64,000 nt of DNA from Flaccisagitta enflata (lineage: Eukaryota): the NCBI GenBank assembly GCA_965153355.1, contig OZ231126.1, forward strand, positions 28,582,001 to 28,646,000, written 5' to 3'. Position numbers and translations under genes: made by a program. A model generated the notes under the pieces. It saw only the letters and a list, made by a program, of their open reading frames with translations. It made no database searches and was not told where the DNA came from. Shown one piece after another: positions 23,801 through 34,600 of the stretch; position 1 is the stretch's first letter; the number at the start of each line of letters is the position of its first letter.

Positions 23801-25584
23801 ACATGGAGGAACTAGCGCACCAACAAACGTTGGACCCAGACTTCCGTCAACTTGTCAGAGACGCCCATACCGGTCTCCAGTTTAGGAAAATTCCTATAGG
23901 TGACACATACATATACGTGGATGTTTCCAACGGTCCTGCCAGGCCTTTTGTGCCGCTCAACTTCCGCCGCAGAGTATTCGACGTTATCCATGGCCTCGGC
24001 CACCCTGGTGTCCAAAGGACGAAACAATCAGTTTCAGCCAAATTTTGCTGGCCAGGACTCGCAAGAGATGTCGCACAATGGGCAAGAGAGTGTATGGCCT
24101 GTCAGCGCGCGAAAATCAATCGACACACAGTGCCTCCCATTCAAGACTTTGCCGTGCCGCACAAGAGATTCGCTCACGTCCACGCAGACTTGGTCTCTAT
24201 GCCAATTTCAAACGGAAACAATCATCTTCTCACAATTATAGATCGTTTCACACGTTGGCCCGTCGCCATACCTATCCCGGATATTACCGCAGAAACTATT
24301 GTCGACGCTTTCGCTCATCATTGGGTCGCCACATACGGGGTTCCTGAAGTGATAACGACAGACAGGGGAAGCCAGTTCGTGTCTCAGACTTGGACCCAAT
24401 TGTTAAATACTTGGGGAACAAAACATATTACAACAACAGCGTATCACCCCGAGGCGAACGGGATGGTTGAGAGATTGCATAGGCGTCTCAAAGAGAGTTT
24501 GATCGCTTTGGGCCAAGACCAAAGAAACGATTGGTTTTGGAAGCTGCCAATGACCATGTTGGCCCTTCGCACCACAATCAAGCCGGATTTAGGAGCTTCT
24601 CCATCGGACCTCGTATATGGTGAAGGCCTTACTGTACCAGGCCAATTGGTGGGGTTGCCTGAGATGAACGACGACGAGTTGCTGCGACAGCAACGAGGAT
24701 CTTTAGCAAATCTCAGATTGGAAGTCGAAAGATTGCAACCCAAGCCCACCTCCCATCACAGGCGTCCAAATGTCCATGTCCCAGAGGATCTTGCGACGGC
24801 TACGCATGTATTAGTGAGACGAGGTTTACAACCTTCCATGACGGCTCCTTATGACGGTCCTTACCGCGTCCTCGCGAGAAACAGAGACAATTTCCGCATC
24901 CAGTTTCCGGGCAGAGGATCGGACACGGTAGCAATCGCCAGACTCAAGCCAGCTTTCGTTTCCAGAGACGATATCGCAGCAGCGGAGCGTCAAGAGCAAG
25001 ATCTCGAAGATCAGGTCCCTCCGTCTCCTCCACCTCCTGGCAGACGTCCGGGAGTCCGCACTCGCATTCCCGACCCGACTTCACGAGTAACTCGCAGCCA
25101 ATCAGCGCAGAGTCGACAGCAGCCTACAGCTTCTTCGTCCAACTCGAATGCAAATGAGCCTCTCCGTCGGCGCAATCCTGCGCCAGTTCCAGCCGCTGCT
25201 CCTCCGAGAAGGCGCAGATTTCACAAGACGTTCCACGACTTCGACGATCCAAACGATTCACAGGCAGTGGATCCTAATCCAGCCAACCCAGAACCGTTCT
25301 TCTTAGTCCCGGGCCCCGATGCCCCGGCGCCTCCCGATACGAATCTTCCAACCGATCCTTCTCTTCCGAACGACCGAGAAACAATTGTCGTCAATGACGC
25401 TTTCTTAAACGCGCATCACAGCAGCGCCGCCGAACAGCGCGCCGCAGAACAAGACTCGCGTGCCTCTAGTCAAGGGGGCGCACAGCGCAAGAAAACATTT
25501 TCGAACCCTAAGCCGGGCAATTTTTCGTACAGGCGTCGTAGACTGGATGTCTCCGCGTTACAACAAATTCTTAAGTCATTATAA
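20716..25584 (+). CDS. pol: Pol polyprotein (PR-RT-RNase H-integrase) of Gypsy A, entered by -1 frameshift near 20818
   Basis: LIDGGA protease, [21 protein letters not shown] RNase H, H-H-C-C zinc finger, D..D(TDRGSQF)..E integrase, GPY motif. Confidence 0.96.
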   Translation: MQMASTIWSEVNKMCYRLFSVSVFPLSTTTRLGKRPGGTPTVNSAVSPNNRNSDLLFVHDAGDQRRWLIDGGAVLSIMPPTMAQRLKGPTEAQLQAANGTRIACYGVSLETITLADRQISFPITIADVKQPILGADFLAHSFLAPNHRDGTLIDLKDYSVLKANFDNDSEPIRINYVDQATDPYYQLLDRYPTLSNPSFRVKEVEHGVTHHIPTDGPPVQSRARKLSPEKLAVAKAEIEKLVELGVCQRGKSEWSSPLLVTTKPCSSPCTCEQESPCGGWRVCGDYRRLNAMTTTDRYPVRNLTDFNNELRGMKYFSKVDLLKGYHQIPVFSEHIRKTAVITPFGLYVFPRCPFGLKNAGQDFQRLMDQILGDIPHTFVYLDDVLIASATKEEHLEDLERVFKILAENGLVINRKKCILGASSVEFLGHLVDADGIRPLPEKVEAIRKVKPPTSVKELRRFLGMVNYYRRFVQAAAHHLYHLFDALKASPKRLGWTEDMQLSFDAIKDALANSTMLHHPDSSLPLAITTDASDVAMGAVIEQRGPKGWEPLAFWSKKFSDTQQNWCPYDRELNAAHKAIRHFKYMVEGRPFTLYTDHQSLVPSIHKKTDAPTSRQMNQLSEIAEYTTDIRYLEGKSNFVADALSRPNGEISTKKPSSISNVSTASQHGRHLFLLQLDLLKNQPDISSITPAQWWTTDDQPDVSAISTMQDPSATASAATAPAARQKRVSFASPVTQTDVRQSQKQLFSSLWEELADFDVQFKNEAKSSKSSFSSLSSTNGSPRNLQNGHAVTSPPAEHDGTVKTTIQHGLVDPMLSQRLCNNKNIKNASLDEPLRPNASRSTSETGQACTSEQDLSNATIRGSLAQTVLTPEPFKAEKAKIASDRGLDNAATTLILQFPGHKGHLKVKNFLPHSSRHAGSNGDVRGHVTMAVSEKKSENNQIFAHRAPESAANVAFTQFLDDKKPQKLENLLSDSLRHAESIGEVRGHTDPTVFEINTETGENSSKKVPDHKIEELQAVVNAIDHYNIDMEELAHQQTLDPDFRQLVRDAHTGLQFRKIPIGDTYIYVDVSNGPARPFVPLNFRRRVFDVIHGLGHPGVQRTKQSVSAKFCWPGLARDVAQWARECMACQRAKINRHTVPPIQDFAVPHKRFAHVHADLVSMPISNGNNHLLTIIDRFTRWPVAIPIPDITAETIVDAFAHHWVATYGVPEVITTDRGSQFVSQTWTQLLNTWGTKHITTTAYHPEANGMVERLHRRLKESLIALGQDQRNDWFWKLPMTMLALRTTIKPDLGASPSDLVYGEGLTVPGQLVGLPEMNDDELLRQQRGSLANLRLEVERLQPKPTSHHRRPNVHVPEDLATATHVLVRRGLQPSMTAPYDGPYRVLARNRDNFRIQFPGRGSDTVAIARLKPAFVSRDDIAAAERQEQDLEDQVPPSPPPPGRRPGVRTRIPDPTSRVTRSQSAQSRQQPTASSSNSNANEPLRRRNPAPVPAAAPPRRRRFHKTFHDFDDPNDSQAVDPNPANPEPFFLVPGPDAPAPPDTNLPTDPSLPNDRETIVVNDAFLNAHHSSAAEQRAAEQDSRASSQGGAQRKKTFSNPKPGNFSYRRRRLDVSALQQILKSL
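20812..20862 (+). promoter_or_regulatory. -1 ribosomal frameshift signal, Gypsy A
   Basis: In-frame G GGA AAC slippery heptamer (20812-20818) followed by hairpin GGGGGGACG..CGTCTCCCCC. Confidence 0.8.
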
Positions 25585-25929
25585 AAGACACGTCGAATGT
25601 GTGACAGAGGCGCTCCTCTATAAATATGTTACTCATTTCTATGAAGTAGAATGTCCGTTATGTAGTTTTGGCTATGTTTATTTCTTTTTTACCTTTTGCC
25701 GTGTGGTTAGGTATAAATACTTTTACTCGTTCAAGTAGAATGTATCCTGCTCACCATTTTCGTTAGCATGTGCCGTTTAACCCCGTCGAGTGGACCCGCC
25801 ACTATAAAAGGTTACCTTTATTTCATTTTTATTCCGTCGAGTGGACCCGCCACTATAAAAGGTTACTTTTTTTTATTTTTACTCTCGCTCTCCGTTACTG
25901 CCACTCGATGCCTCACAGTCTAGGGGGCG

Positions 25930-26720
25930 TGTAGGTTTTGTTAGGTTTATTACTTTCTAAACCATGTACTTTACCTTGTTCCATATATAGCACAATAATC
26001 TCATTAGCATATTGTGGTAATATTATGGCGTAGAATGATAGCCCGGCTCATGCCCTTTCATTTGATATATCGCTCCGCCTTTTCCTATGTACGGTTTCCG
26101 AGTTATGGGTACTTTTGTATTACCACCCCAGGGGTATCTCAGGGGTACCTCAGCTTTCATTGGGTTACCCCCCCATGGTCGACATATCAACCGGCCTCTC
26201 GTATAAACCTTAGCTAAAGGCGACCTCAAATCTGGGGTCCGTTTGCCCCTATCTCCAGCCATTTAGCCGGTACTGCCCCTGCCCTTATCTGGGACTCTGC
26301 CTCTGGTTTTCTTGAGCAGCCCAGATGCTCTTTTATCTCGATGCCAATCTCGCTATATAGAGGGCAGCATTGTTCCGCTGTCCTTCAGTTATATTGCTCC
26401 TTTGTTTGGGTCTCCATTCCCCTCTCTAGTCATGTGACCCAAAACTGTCATGGCAGCCTCCTTGCACCGAGCCGGAGGGACTGCCAACCTGAGGAAAGTA
26501 TTCCATTCATTCTGGTTCTTTCTCCTTGGTCTTGAAGGCCACATGTTTTATGTCTCTGAATAAATGCCTAGGCAAAAGCCAGGCTCATCTGTGGACTTGT
26601 GTTTTATTTAAGGCCAAGAGCCTTTGTATTCACCTATGTACCCCAAGGGTACTTGTGGTAATTCTCACGATTACATTGGGGCTGGATTGGAGTCTCCAGC
26701 CCACTTGTGGTACACCTACA
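25930..26720 (+). repeat. 3' LTR of Gypsy A
   Basis: Follows the PPT; followed by TSD AGAC. Confidence 0.97.
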
Positions 26721-27311
26721 AGACTTCACTTTGGAGGTACATTTTGCGGGTTAGGGTTAGGGTTAGGGTTTGACTTCACTTTTGAGGTACGTCCTTCTGA
26801 AACGAGTAAAAATGGGTTAGGGTTAGGGTTAGGGTTAGACTTCACTTTGGAGGTACATGTTGCGGGTTAGGGTTAGGGTTAGGGTTAGGGTTTGACTTCA
26901 CTTTTGAGGTACGTCCTTCTGAAACGAGTAAAAATGGGTTAGGGTTAGGGTTAGGGTTAGACTTCACTTTGGAGGTACATGTTGCGGGTTAGGGTTAGGG
27001 TTAGGGTTAGACTTCACTTTGGAGGTACATGTTGCGGGTTAGGGTTAGGGTTAGGGTTAGGGTTAGGGTTAGGGTTAAGGTTAGACTTCACTTTGGAGGT
27101 ACATGTTGCGGGTTAGGGTTAGGGTTAGGGTTAGGGTTAGACTTCACTTTGGAGGTACATGTTGCGGGTTAGGGTTAGGGTTAGGGTTAGGGTTGGACTT
27201 CACTTTGGAGGTATATGTTGCGGGTTAGGGTTAGGGTTAGGGTTAGGGTTGGATAAAGGGGTTAGGGTTAGGGTTGCGGGTTAGGGTTAGGGTTTGGGTT
27301 AACCCTAACCC
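26721..27311 (+). repeat. TTAGGG/spacer array of copy 2, right part, ending in the GGGTT|AACCC palindrome
   Basis: Terminal ~150 bp match those of the copy 1 array. Confidence 0.92.
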
Positions 27312-27331
27312 GTTGAGGTTCGTGAATGGGG

Positions 27332-28948
27332 TGTAGCTCTCGTTAGGTTTAGCAACATTATATACTATAACCGTAACTCAATCTTTTGTTTGCGTATCTC
27401 TTACCGTGTCCATCTCTCTTCATTTGCATACAGTCGCCTATATTACCTTGACTTTGCTTTAGGGGTTGAGACCTAAGATGGAGGGGCTAATGTATCTGAC
27501 TTGTCCCTGACCTAGAGTAGTGTCTGGCATACCCAGTCCTACTTTCCTTTTTGATTAGCCCCCACTCGTTTGGCGCCCATGGCCGTTTAACCCATGGGCT
27601 CATTTGCATATTGTGTCAACATATTATTCCATCATCTGCGTTTCATCATTCTCTATCCTATGGTGCAAGTCCCATGCCCATAGTCTCAACCATTCATGAG
27701 TTATGCCATTTTTAGTGTATAGCTCATTAGCATATTGTGGTCTTATAATTATATCAAGTCATATGTGTCCTTATATTTGGGCAGGCATACCCTATCCATT
27801 CCTGCCCTCAGTTTTGCCCTAAACCCAGCCGTTTAGAAGTTAGCCCACCGATGGACTTTAGTGCAAAAAGAAATTGTTACATTGTATTACATTTCCTAGG
27901 CGAGCAGTACCATTGGTGGTGGCTCTCATCCGGATATGGCCTGTTGAATATTGTGGCACTGCTAATGAGCATCCTCATATCTTTAGAGAACTCATAGCTT
28001 CTCCTAACCATACTCTAAAATAAGGGGATGAGTTTTCACCCCCATACATAGTCTCACTATCCTGATGGCCAATCCAGGTCTGTTTTTATAGAGGTGATCA
28101 CCCTCTGTAACCCCCTGGATTCGATCCTGGGACCTTTGGATTCCCAGCTCAATCCCTTACCGGTTGCGCCACGGCGGCTACATGGATTGAGCTACCAAAG
28201 CTTCAGGTGGTTCTTTCCCCTTTGTTTTACTATCTGTTTTCCTCTGTGTTTTGCTAAGTATGAGTGATTACATACTGTGCCCATACTTAGACTCATCTGA
28301 TCACTATGATTTTTGGTACACATGTAGATTGGCTTTAGAGAAAATGATTGGCGTTTTTAGTTTATTCATTTTCGGCCAGGCTTAGTGACCCTGCCCAAAT
28401 AATCTCTTTATGAATCATCTCTTTCTCTTACTTTTGCCTAATTAGTGTATTCAGGCCTTTTGTTTACTCTAACTTTAACAGAAGGATTTGCCTTCTTCAC
28501 TTTTGAGTTAAAGTGTTCATTTGTCACCAGGTCAGGTGACCTCCCTTCGTCCTCTCGTTGGTCACATGACCTTTCTAAGATGGCTGCCGCCATGGCAGGC
28601 AGCATGGCCAGATTGTTGACCTTAGGAATTAATTTCATTCATTCTGGTTCTGATTTTTTGGCTACAAAGCCAAGTAGTTCTCGCCTCCTGTTTATTATTG
28701 CTTTGAATAAAAGGCTAATGCCTTGTGCTTTTATTTGTGTGTTTTTAATGCATGGGTGAATAAACCCCAGCACTTTAAAGTACCCCACGGGTACCCATGG
28801 ACTTGAGGCCCCTGCCTCTGACCCTGTCCATGGACTGCAATCAAGCTATTACATTGTAAAGACTTGTTCTGTGACTAAAGATAGAAAAGACTTGCGTTTC
28901 GTTTCGATTGGCTTTATGGAGTCAAGCCACACTTTCGTCACAGCTACA
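27332..28948 (+). repeat. 5' LTR of Gypsy B (1617 bp)
   Basis: 7-bp terminal inverted repeat; followed by AATTGGT exactly as in element A. Confidence 0.85.
28106..28178 (-). other. tRNA-derived sequence (Pol III A/B boxes) inside the LTR of Gypsy B
   Basis: Minus strand GCCGCCGTGGCGCAACCGGTAAGG...AAAGGTCCCAGGATCGAATCCAGGG: A-box TGGCGCAACCGG, B-box GGATCGAATCC, tRNA spacing, poor acceptor stem. Confidence 0.55.
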
Positions 28949-30466
28949 AATTGGTGACTCCCGTCTCAAGAACAAGAACAAGAACAAGACAGTCATCATT
29001 TCCCCGACCTTCTGACCTTCTGGAGGCCTCGACGTCGAAGCTGACGAGCAGCTGCTTCTTCAGGGACGACTACAAGACTGTGGTGGTAACAGTACCCTCG
29101 TGTCTACTCGTTTTCGTCTCCCAGCATCGTCCACGACGTCAACAGCACCTCCAACACCTCGTCGTCGACAGCATCGTCGACAATTCGATTCAAAGCTCAA
29201 GACAGAACAGGAGCCTACCGACTCGGCTGTGCTTCGGACGGCTGTTGGTGGCGAAGCTGGATCCAAACTGCCTGTGGGATTTGGCGAAAGGGCGGATCCG
29301 GTGCTAGCAAATGCACCCGTAGAATCGGGTGAGCCGGATGTATAGTGTTTAATAACTTCCATTAACACTTATTTACCGCCTAACAACGAACAGACCACAA
29401 CAACAACTTAACCCTCAATTCATGCTGTTGTTTCACTGTTTGTTTCCACATGTTACGCGGGTTCTCGACTTCACAACCTCTACATCATTCCAATCGAGCC
29501 TCGAGATCCTTCCCACGCCTTCACGCCATCACCACGAGCCGCTTCAGCGCCCCCAGCATCCGCCAACCTCCTCGACAGCCGCTCTACCGAATCAGCAACA
29601 GCCAAACGTCTTCAATTCGAGCAACAGTTGAAGCCACGGACGCCATCACCGCTGCGACGCCACTGCTGCACTGCTGCGCTGCTGCACTGCTGCAACACCT
29701 CGTCCACGACGTCACGACAACGTCACGAGCCTTCCCGACGTCGCCAGCATCCTCCAGCACCCGTGGTTCAACCGTCCTCGAGCCGTCTCCATTCCAATTT
29801 CATCTCAACAAACGATTACTCCTCTTTTTACAACCTTCGAACCTCGAAATTCTAACGTCAACTTCGACGAGCCGCTGCGGCCAAACCTGCGAGCCGATTT
29901 GGACGAAACTTTCAGCCTACCTCCTCCACCATCTCGACTTACTACGGTACAAAGGGCGTCAAATTGCAACTACGTTAAGGGGTTAAATTCCCCATCCTCC
30001 TTTTTACCATCGAAAAAGCGCCCCCAACTTCAAATGATCGAGTGGAGGGAAGGAGTTGGAGCAGGACCGTGAAATTTTAACACAAAGTAGTTCAAGGTCA
30101 CCTTTACCAACTCCTAAAACGGCATCGCTCAACTCAACCTAGAAGTACCTTTTTCGAAGCGCGAAAGATCGTCCTCGACGAACCGCCGCCGCCGTCAACT
30201 TCGAACCTTCGCTACGACCGCCCTAGGCAACCCAGGATCGTGAAAATTGCAGGAAGTGTTCGTCAACATCTCATCTACCATCCCTCCAAGTCTCGTCCCT
30301 CAACTCCTCCGGGAAGAGCCGCAACAACGCGACGAAAATTACGGGTTCGAAGACGCCAAATTTTTACAACTCCAATTCTTCTGATTTTATCCTCGCGCCA
30401 AATCTATGTATTCTACTCGTACATAACAACATTTCTACTAACAACATTACTCAACTCTGAGTATAG

Positions 30467-31621
30467 ATGAGTGGGCAACGCCATCATCCTCACGTCACAG
30501 ACGCTGGTTTCACTCCTCAACGCCCTCGACCCAGTTCTCCAATTCCAATAGACATTGACGAGCAGTCTGAAGTCGACAGTCACATTTTCTTCTCTCCTAA
30601 TCCTCAAATCACTTTGAGAGATATTGATATTCATAACGGCATCAGAAGAGAACCCTCGCCAACTGCCTTGCTTCAGTTCAATCTCCCTCCACCAGCCCCA
30701 CAGCAGCAACAACAGCCTCCAATCATGGAGTTGACAGAGGAGAGATTTCGGCAGCTACAAGCCTTAGCTGAACAGCAAGCAAAACAGATCGAGGAAGGCA
30801 ATGCTTTTGCCCAAAGGATGGTAAATCAGCTCCAAGATTCACAGAATCAGCTTCATGCTGCACAACGGAACATCTCGGATCTCACAGACGCCTTCAACAA
30901 CTTGTCAGCTCAACCGAGGCCTCTCACAGTCTCCACAGCCCCAAAGAAGAAGCCAGAGCTTCCTCCATTCGACGCCAAGAATGTCCTCATCTGGATCCGC
31001 AGGGTGGAAGCTGCATACAGCCGAGTGGGCGTGGTGGAGCCTAAAGACAAATTCGCGTGGCTCGAATCTATGTTTCAGGTCAAGTTGGATCCTCAAATAG
31101 ATGCATTTCTATATACAAACAACAACACCCCTGAAAACTGGGCAGATTTCATCGAGTATTTGAAGCTCCAATATGGCCCAACCATGCGTCAAAAGGCCCA
31201 AAAGCTGATGGGTGATATACCAAGGCATGATCTTAAGCCATCCCAATTTCTCCTGCAACTGAAAGACGACGTCAAAGATGTTACGTTGGATCACATCCTC
31301 AAGGAACATGTCCTTAAATCCATCCCTCCGAGGATACGCGAGATAATGGGAAAAGAGGTTGAGAGTATGTCAGCTGAAGAAGTAGCAAAGCAAGCTGACG
31401 ATTTCTTCGATCGTCAGGGACGCCCAGTGGAGAAATCTTTGGGTCAAAATAACCAAATAAACGCCATCGAATCTTCCTCCTCGTCCCTCCCTTCTAACGC
31501 CTGTCGTTGGCATCGTCGCTTCGGGGACAAAACTAGGAAGTGTTATCCTGAATGCCCTCTGTACAAGTCCTTCAGCTCTTCTCAAAAGCAGGGAAACGGA
31601 CAAGGGGGCAGACGTCTGTGA
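30467..31621 (+). CDS. gag: Gag of Gypsy B
   Basis: Homologous to Gag [19 protein letters not shown] knuckle. Confidence 0.93.
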   Translation: MSGQRHHPHVTDAGFTPQRPRPSSPIPIDIDEQSEVDSHIFFSPNPQITLRDIDIHNGIRREPSPTALLQFNLPPPAPQQQQQPPIMELTEERFRQLQALAEQQAKQIEEGNAFAQRMVNQLQDSQNQLHAAQRNISDLTDAFNNLSAQPRPLTVSTAPKKKPELPPFDAKNVLIWIRRVEAAYSRVGVVEPKDKFAWLESMFQVKLDPQIDAFLYTNNNTPENWADFIEYLKLQYGPTMRQKAQKLMGDIPRHDLKPSQFLLQLKDDVKDVTLDHILKEHVLKSIPPRIREIMGKEVESMSAEEVAKQADDFFDRQGRPVEKSLGQNNQINAIESSSSSLPSNACRWHRRFGDKTRKCYPECPLYKSFSSSQKQGNGQGGRRL

Positions 31622-34600
31622 ACGCGGCCACCCCCTCCTCCTCATCAAACGTTCACAATGATCTTTTATATGTCCATGATGAAACCACCAAGCAAAAATG
31701 GTTAATTGACGGAGGCGCTGTCCTCTCTATTATGCCTCCTACTCTCGCACAACGTCTTCAAGGCCACTCAAACCTTCAACTCCAGGCAGCAAATGGTTCC
31801 CGGATAAAATGTTATGGGGTAAGGCAAATGCCCATTCACCTCCCTGGTCGTCGTCTCTCATTCCCAGTCACCATCGCTGATGTGAAGCAGCCCATCCTAG
31901 GAGCTGACTTTTTGGCCAAAAATTATTTGGCCCCCAACCACAGGGATGGCACTCTCATAGACTTAAAGGATATGTCGACGATAAAGGTGGATTTTGAGGA
32001 AAAAGATCAACCCATCCGAGTAAATCATGTTGCCCACGCCACCAACCCTTACTACAAACTTCTCGACAACAAATTTCCGGAGCTCTCCAATCCTTCCTTC
32101 AGAGTCAAAGAAGTAGATCATGGGGTATACCATTATATCCCCACGGAAGGACCCCCAGTTCAAGCAAGGGCCCGTAAGTTGGATCCAGAGAAGCTGGCCG
32201 TCGCCAAGGCGGAAATTGACAAGTTGGTGGAGCTGGGAGTTTGTGAAAGAGGGAAGAGCGATTGGTCTTCACCACTACTCGTCACGACTAAACCCTGCAA
32301 CTCCCCCTGCACCTGTGAAACTCAAAAGCCATGTGGAGGGTGGAGAGTGTGTGGGGATTATCGTCGTCTCAATAACCTCACCACTGACGACAGATACCCC
32401 GTGCGAAATCTACAGGATTTTAACTCTGATCTCCGAGGAAAGAAAATCTTTAGCAAAGTTGATTTGCTTAAGGGGTATCACCAAATCCCTGTGAACCCCA
32501 GCGACGTCAAAAAGACGGCAGTGATTACGCCATTTGGTTTATTTTTATTTCCTCGATGCCCATTTGGACTGAAGAACGCTGGGCAAGACTTTCAGCGCCT
32601 AATGGACAAAATCTTAGGTGAAATTCCCCACGTCTTCGTCTATTTAGACGACATTTTGATAGCGTCGTCATCCCAGGAAGAGCATCTTCAGGACCTGGAA
32701 ACTGTCTTCAAGATACTCGAAGAGAATGGCCTAGTCGTCAACAGGAAGAAGTGTGTGTTGGGTGAAAGCACCATCGAATTTCTGGGACACATCTGCGACG
32801 CCCACGGCATCAAACCTTTACCCTGCAAGGTGGAAGCGATCCGCAAAGTGAAACCACCCACAACCATCAAAGAATTGCAAAGGTTCCTGGGTATGATAAA
32901 TTATTATCGCAGATTTATCAAAGCCGCCGCCCACCACCTCTACCACCTCTTCGAAGCATTAGGTTCCAAGCCCAAACGTCTACTATGGTCTCCCGAGATG
33001 CAAGCATCATTTGACGCCATCAAAGAAGCCCTTGCAGCAGCAACCATGCTCCACCACCCTGACCCCACTCTGCCTCTCGCCCTCACTACAGACGCCTCTG
33101 ACGTCGCGATTGGCGCAGTGATCGAACAGAGGGGCCCAAATGGATGGGAGCCATTGGCCTTCTTCTCAAAGAAGCTCAGTGACAGCCAACAAAAGTGGTC
33201 ACCATACGACAGGGAGCTTCATGCTGTCCATAAAGGCGTCCGTCACTTCAAGCATATGCTTGAAGGAAGATCTTTTACCATCTATACGGATCATCAAAGT
33301 TTAGTTCCTTCAATGGCCAAAAAGACGGATGCTCAAACGGCCCGTCAGTCAAATCAGCTCTCCGAGATATCAGAGTACAGTACAGATATCCGTTACCTTG
33401 AAGGTAAAAGCAACGTGGTTGCAGACGCGTTGTCAAGGCCCAACGGAAAGCTTGACCCACCCACAGTCTCAAATGTTTCCCAACTTTATTCTGAGATGCC
33501 TGAACATATTTTCCGCCAAGACATCAGCAGGATGCGAGAAGCGGGAACACTTGGAGTGTATCAAGTCAACTATGAAGAAGAGGACGATGATACCGAACCG
33601 GAAGTGGAAGAATACAATCCCATGGATGATGAGGATGAAGAAGAAGATCTCGACACAGAAGCAGATGCAAATTTCTTCGACGAAATGGAACAGCGTTTCA
33701 ACAGGCTCAAAGCTTGTTCATCTCAAACAAATCCCTCAGGGGCTCTTCCTTCGTCGCCTTCTTCAACAACCGCTTCCTCTGCACCTTCGTCAACTCCCGC
33801 AAGGGCTCTTCCTCCGCCTCATTCTTCAACAACTGCTTCCTCTGCACCTTCGTCAACTCCCTCAGTGGCTCTTCCTCCGCCTCCTTCTTCTAACTTAGCT
33901 TCCTCAGCAACCTCGTCAAAATCAACATCGTCAGCAAAGGCAAAGCATGTCTCCTTCGCCCCAACGATCTCCTCGGTCTCTCATCCTCCACAGCATCCTC
34001 AGCAACACATTGAAGACCAGCTGCAGCAACATGACTCTCAAGCAAAGAAACAAATCGAATCTATGCCTGATCTCAAACGCTTCTTTGAGCCCAAATCCAA
34101 TGAAGCAACCTCTTCCTCACCAGCCATTCCAAAAGGGTACAAACCAGTCCCGGAAGAGAAGCTTGAAGACCTGCAGCTCCTCGTCAACTCTGTCAATCAT
34201 TACTCGATAGATTTAGAGGACATGGCCAGACAACAAGCCCTGGACCCAGAGCTGAGGCAGTTGCGTCGAGAAGCCCAAACTGGTTTGAGTTTCAGAAAAG
34301 TTCAAGTAGGCACCACATACCTTTTTGTGGATGTATCTAATGGACCAGCTCGCCCGTTTGTTCCTCTTTCATACAGAAGAAGAATCTTTGATGTAGTCCA
34401 TGGTTTAGGACACCCGGGGGTCGAAAGGACCAGACAGTCAATAACAGACAAATTCGTCTGGCCCAACATCAAACAAGACGTCTGTAAGTGGGCCAGGGAG
34501 TGCATCCCCTGCCAACAGGCTAAAATTCAAAAGCATGTGGTGCCCCCCATCGCTGACTTCACCGTCCCTCCAAAAAGGTTCCAACACTTGCATGTGGATC

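Larger units (their letters stand above)
16953..26720 (+). mobile_element. Full-length Ty3/Gypsy LTR retrotransposon A (CsRn1-like clade)
   Basis: 791-bp LTRs TGTAGGT...ACCTACA; 4-bp TSD AGAC; PBS-like TGGTTTATCCCGAC after the 5' LTR; PPT AGGGGGCG; gag with Cx2Hx9Cx3C; pol order PR-RT-RH-IN. Confidence 0.97.
12144..27323 (+). mobile_element. Copy 2 of the tandem unit, interrupted in its TTAGGG array by Gypsy element A
   Basis: 12144-16952 plus 26721-27323 reconstitute a full unit; a third unit begins GAATGGG at 27324 and is cut off by Gypsy element B. Confidence 0.85.
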
